Shown here in pieces: positions 63,116 to 64,000 of a stretch of 64,000 nt of DNA. The notes below the pieces were generated by a model. The model ran no database searches, was not told the DNA's origin, and was given only the letters and a program-made list of their open reading frames with translations. Made by a program: the position numbers and the translations under genes. Numbering within the stretch: position 1 is the stretch's first letter; each line of letters starts with the position of its first letter. Source of the DNA: Mobula hypostoma (lineage: Eukaryota); the NCBI RefSeq assembly GCF_963921235.1, contig NC_086097.1, positions 180,112,001 to 180,176,000 on the forward strand. Reading direction: 5' to 3'.

Positions 63116-64000
63116 GTATGTCTGATAGTCTTGTACATGACGTGGTTGACAGAATTACGAGGTCTTGCTCTTTTGAATACTTCAAAATCCACACTGGTTT
63201 AAGTTGGAAACTTGATCAGCAACCAGGAAATTAAATTTCTTGTGGTTCTACGGGTGTGTATGTTTTGTTTAGTCGCATTGGTTGCTAGTTCCGTATGTGA
63301 CACAGAAAGGAAATTATCTTAACCCAACTCCATTCACTCCTCACAATGGGACACCTTCCCTACTGTTCTGATCTGCTCAACTATGCAGCTTATTTGGCTC
63401 CATGTTCCAGCTTTGTCCCCTATCAGATTCCATCATCTGCAGCTCTTTGTCACCACCTCTTGCCTCTGTATTCCTACACTCTCCTCCTCCCTCTGCTTAT
63501 TGTCCTCCCCCACTGATTGCCAGCTTTTGTTCCAGCCCCTCTCTCTTTATACTGGCACCTCGCCTCTGCTCAATCTAGATGAATGTCTCGAACCAAAGTA
63601 TCAACCGTCTATTTCCCCCACAGATGCTGCCTTACCCGAGCTCCTTCAGCAGTTCTTTTGCTCTTGATCCAGCCATACTTGGGCCCAATTTGACACTAGA
63701 GGATTAACACTTCATTGTAGAATCCCTCCCTATAGAATGGGAGAGGAAATGGTAGAAATAAGCTTAAACATTAAAAGGTAACTTTTAAAGGTAGTGTGAA
63801 AATTAATCAGGGCAAATGTATTGCCTCATCTTTGAGAAACCAGAGGGCTGTGGCTATCTGTAGATTGAAATGTTTCTGGTCACTGGAAGTATTGACATCT
63901 TTTAGAGATTAGATCAGTCATTGATGGGGAAAATTTTGTAGAATTGTCTAATGTTTATTTGAGGAAAGCCCACTAATGGGCGATGTGCCCTCATTGTCAG

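Overview
This is vertebrate genomic DNA. The repeat content (CR1, Rex1/Babar-like, Penelope-derived and V-SINE-like elements) suggests a cartilaginous fish, which is an inference. Bases ~1-38,300 hold no recognisable host gene, only nested and decayed retroelements: a BEL/Pao element, three Gypsy copies, two solo LTRs of one family, and CR1, Rex1-like, L1-like and Penelope-derived pieces. From ~38,400 to the end lies the 5' half of NPC1 (Niemann-Pick C1) on the + strand. It has a CpG-rich promoter and coding exons 1-14, all with GT-AG introns and in phase, giving 2,254 coding nt; the gene continues past the window. Its introns carry a Tc1 element with TA target-site duplication (TSD), two hAT elements with perfect 8-bp TSDs, and a Penelope-like 3' end with a minimal hammerhead ribozyme core in the sense orientation. 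I found no convincing new biological system. The best leads are the intronic hammerhead, an aromatic residue at the position equivalent to human NPC1 D502 in the filovirus-binding loop, an extra Cys in the sterol-binding domain, and a 74-bp-arm Penelope foldback. Human NPC1 numbering and family motifs are recalled from memory, not computed.
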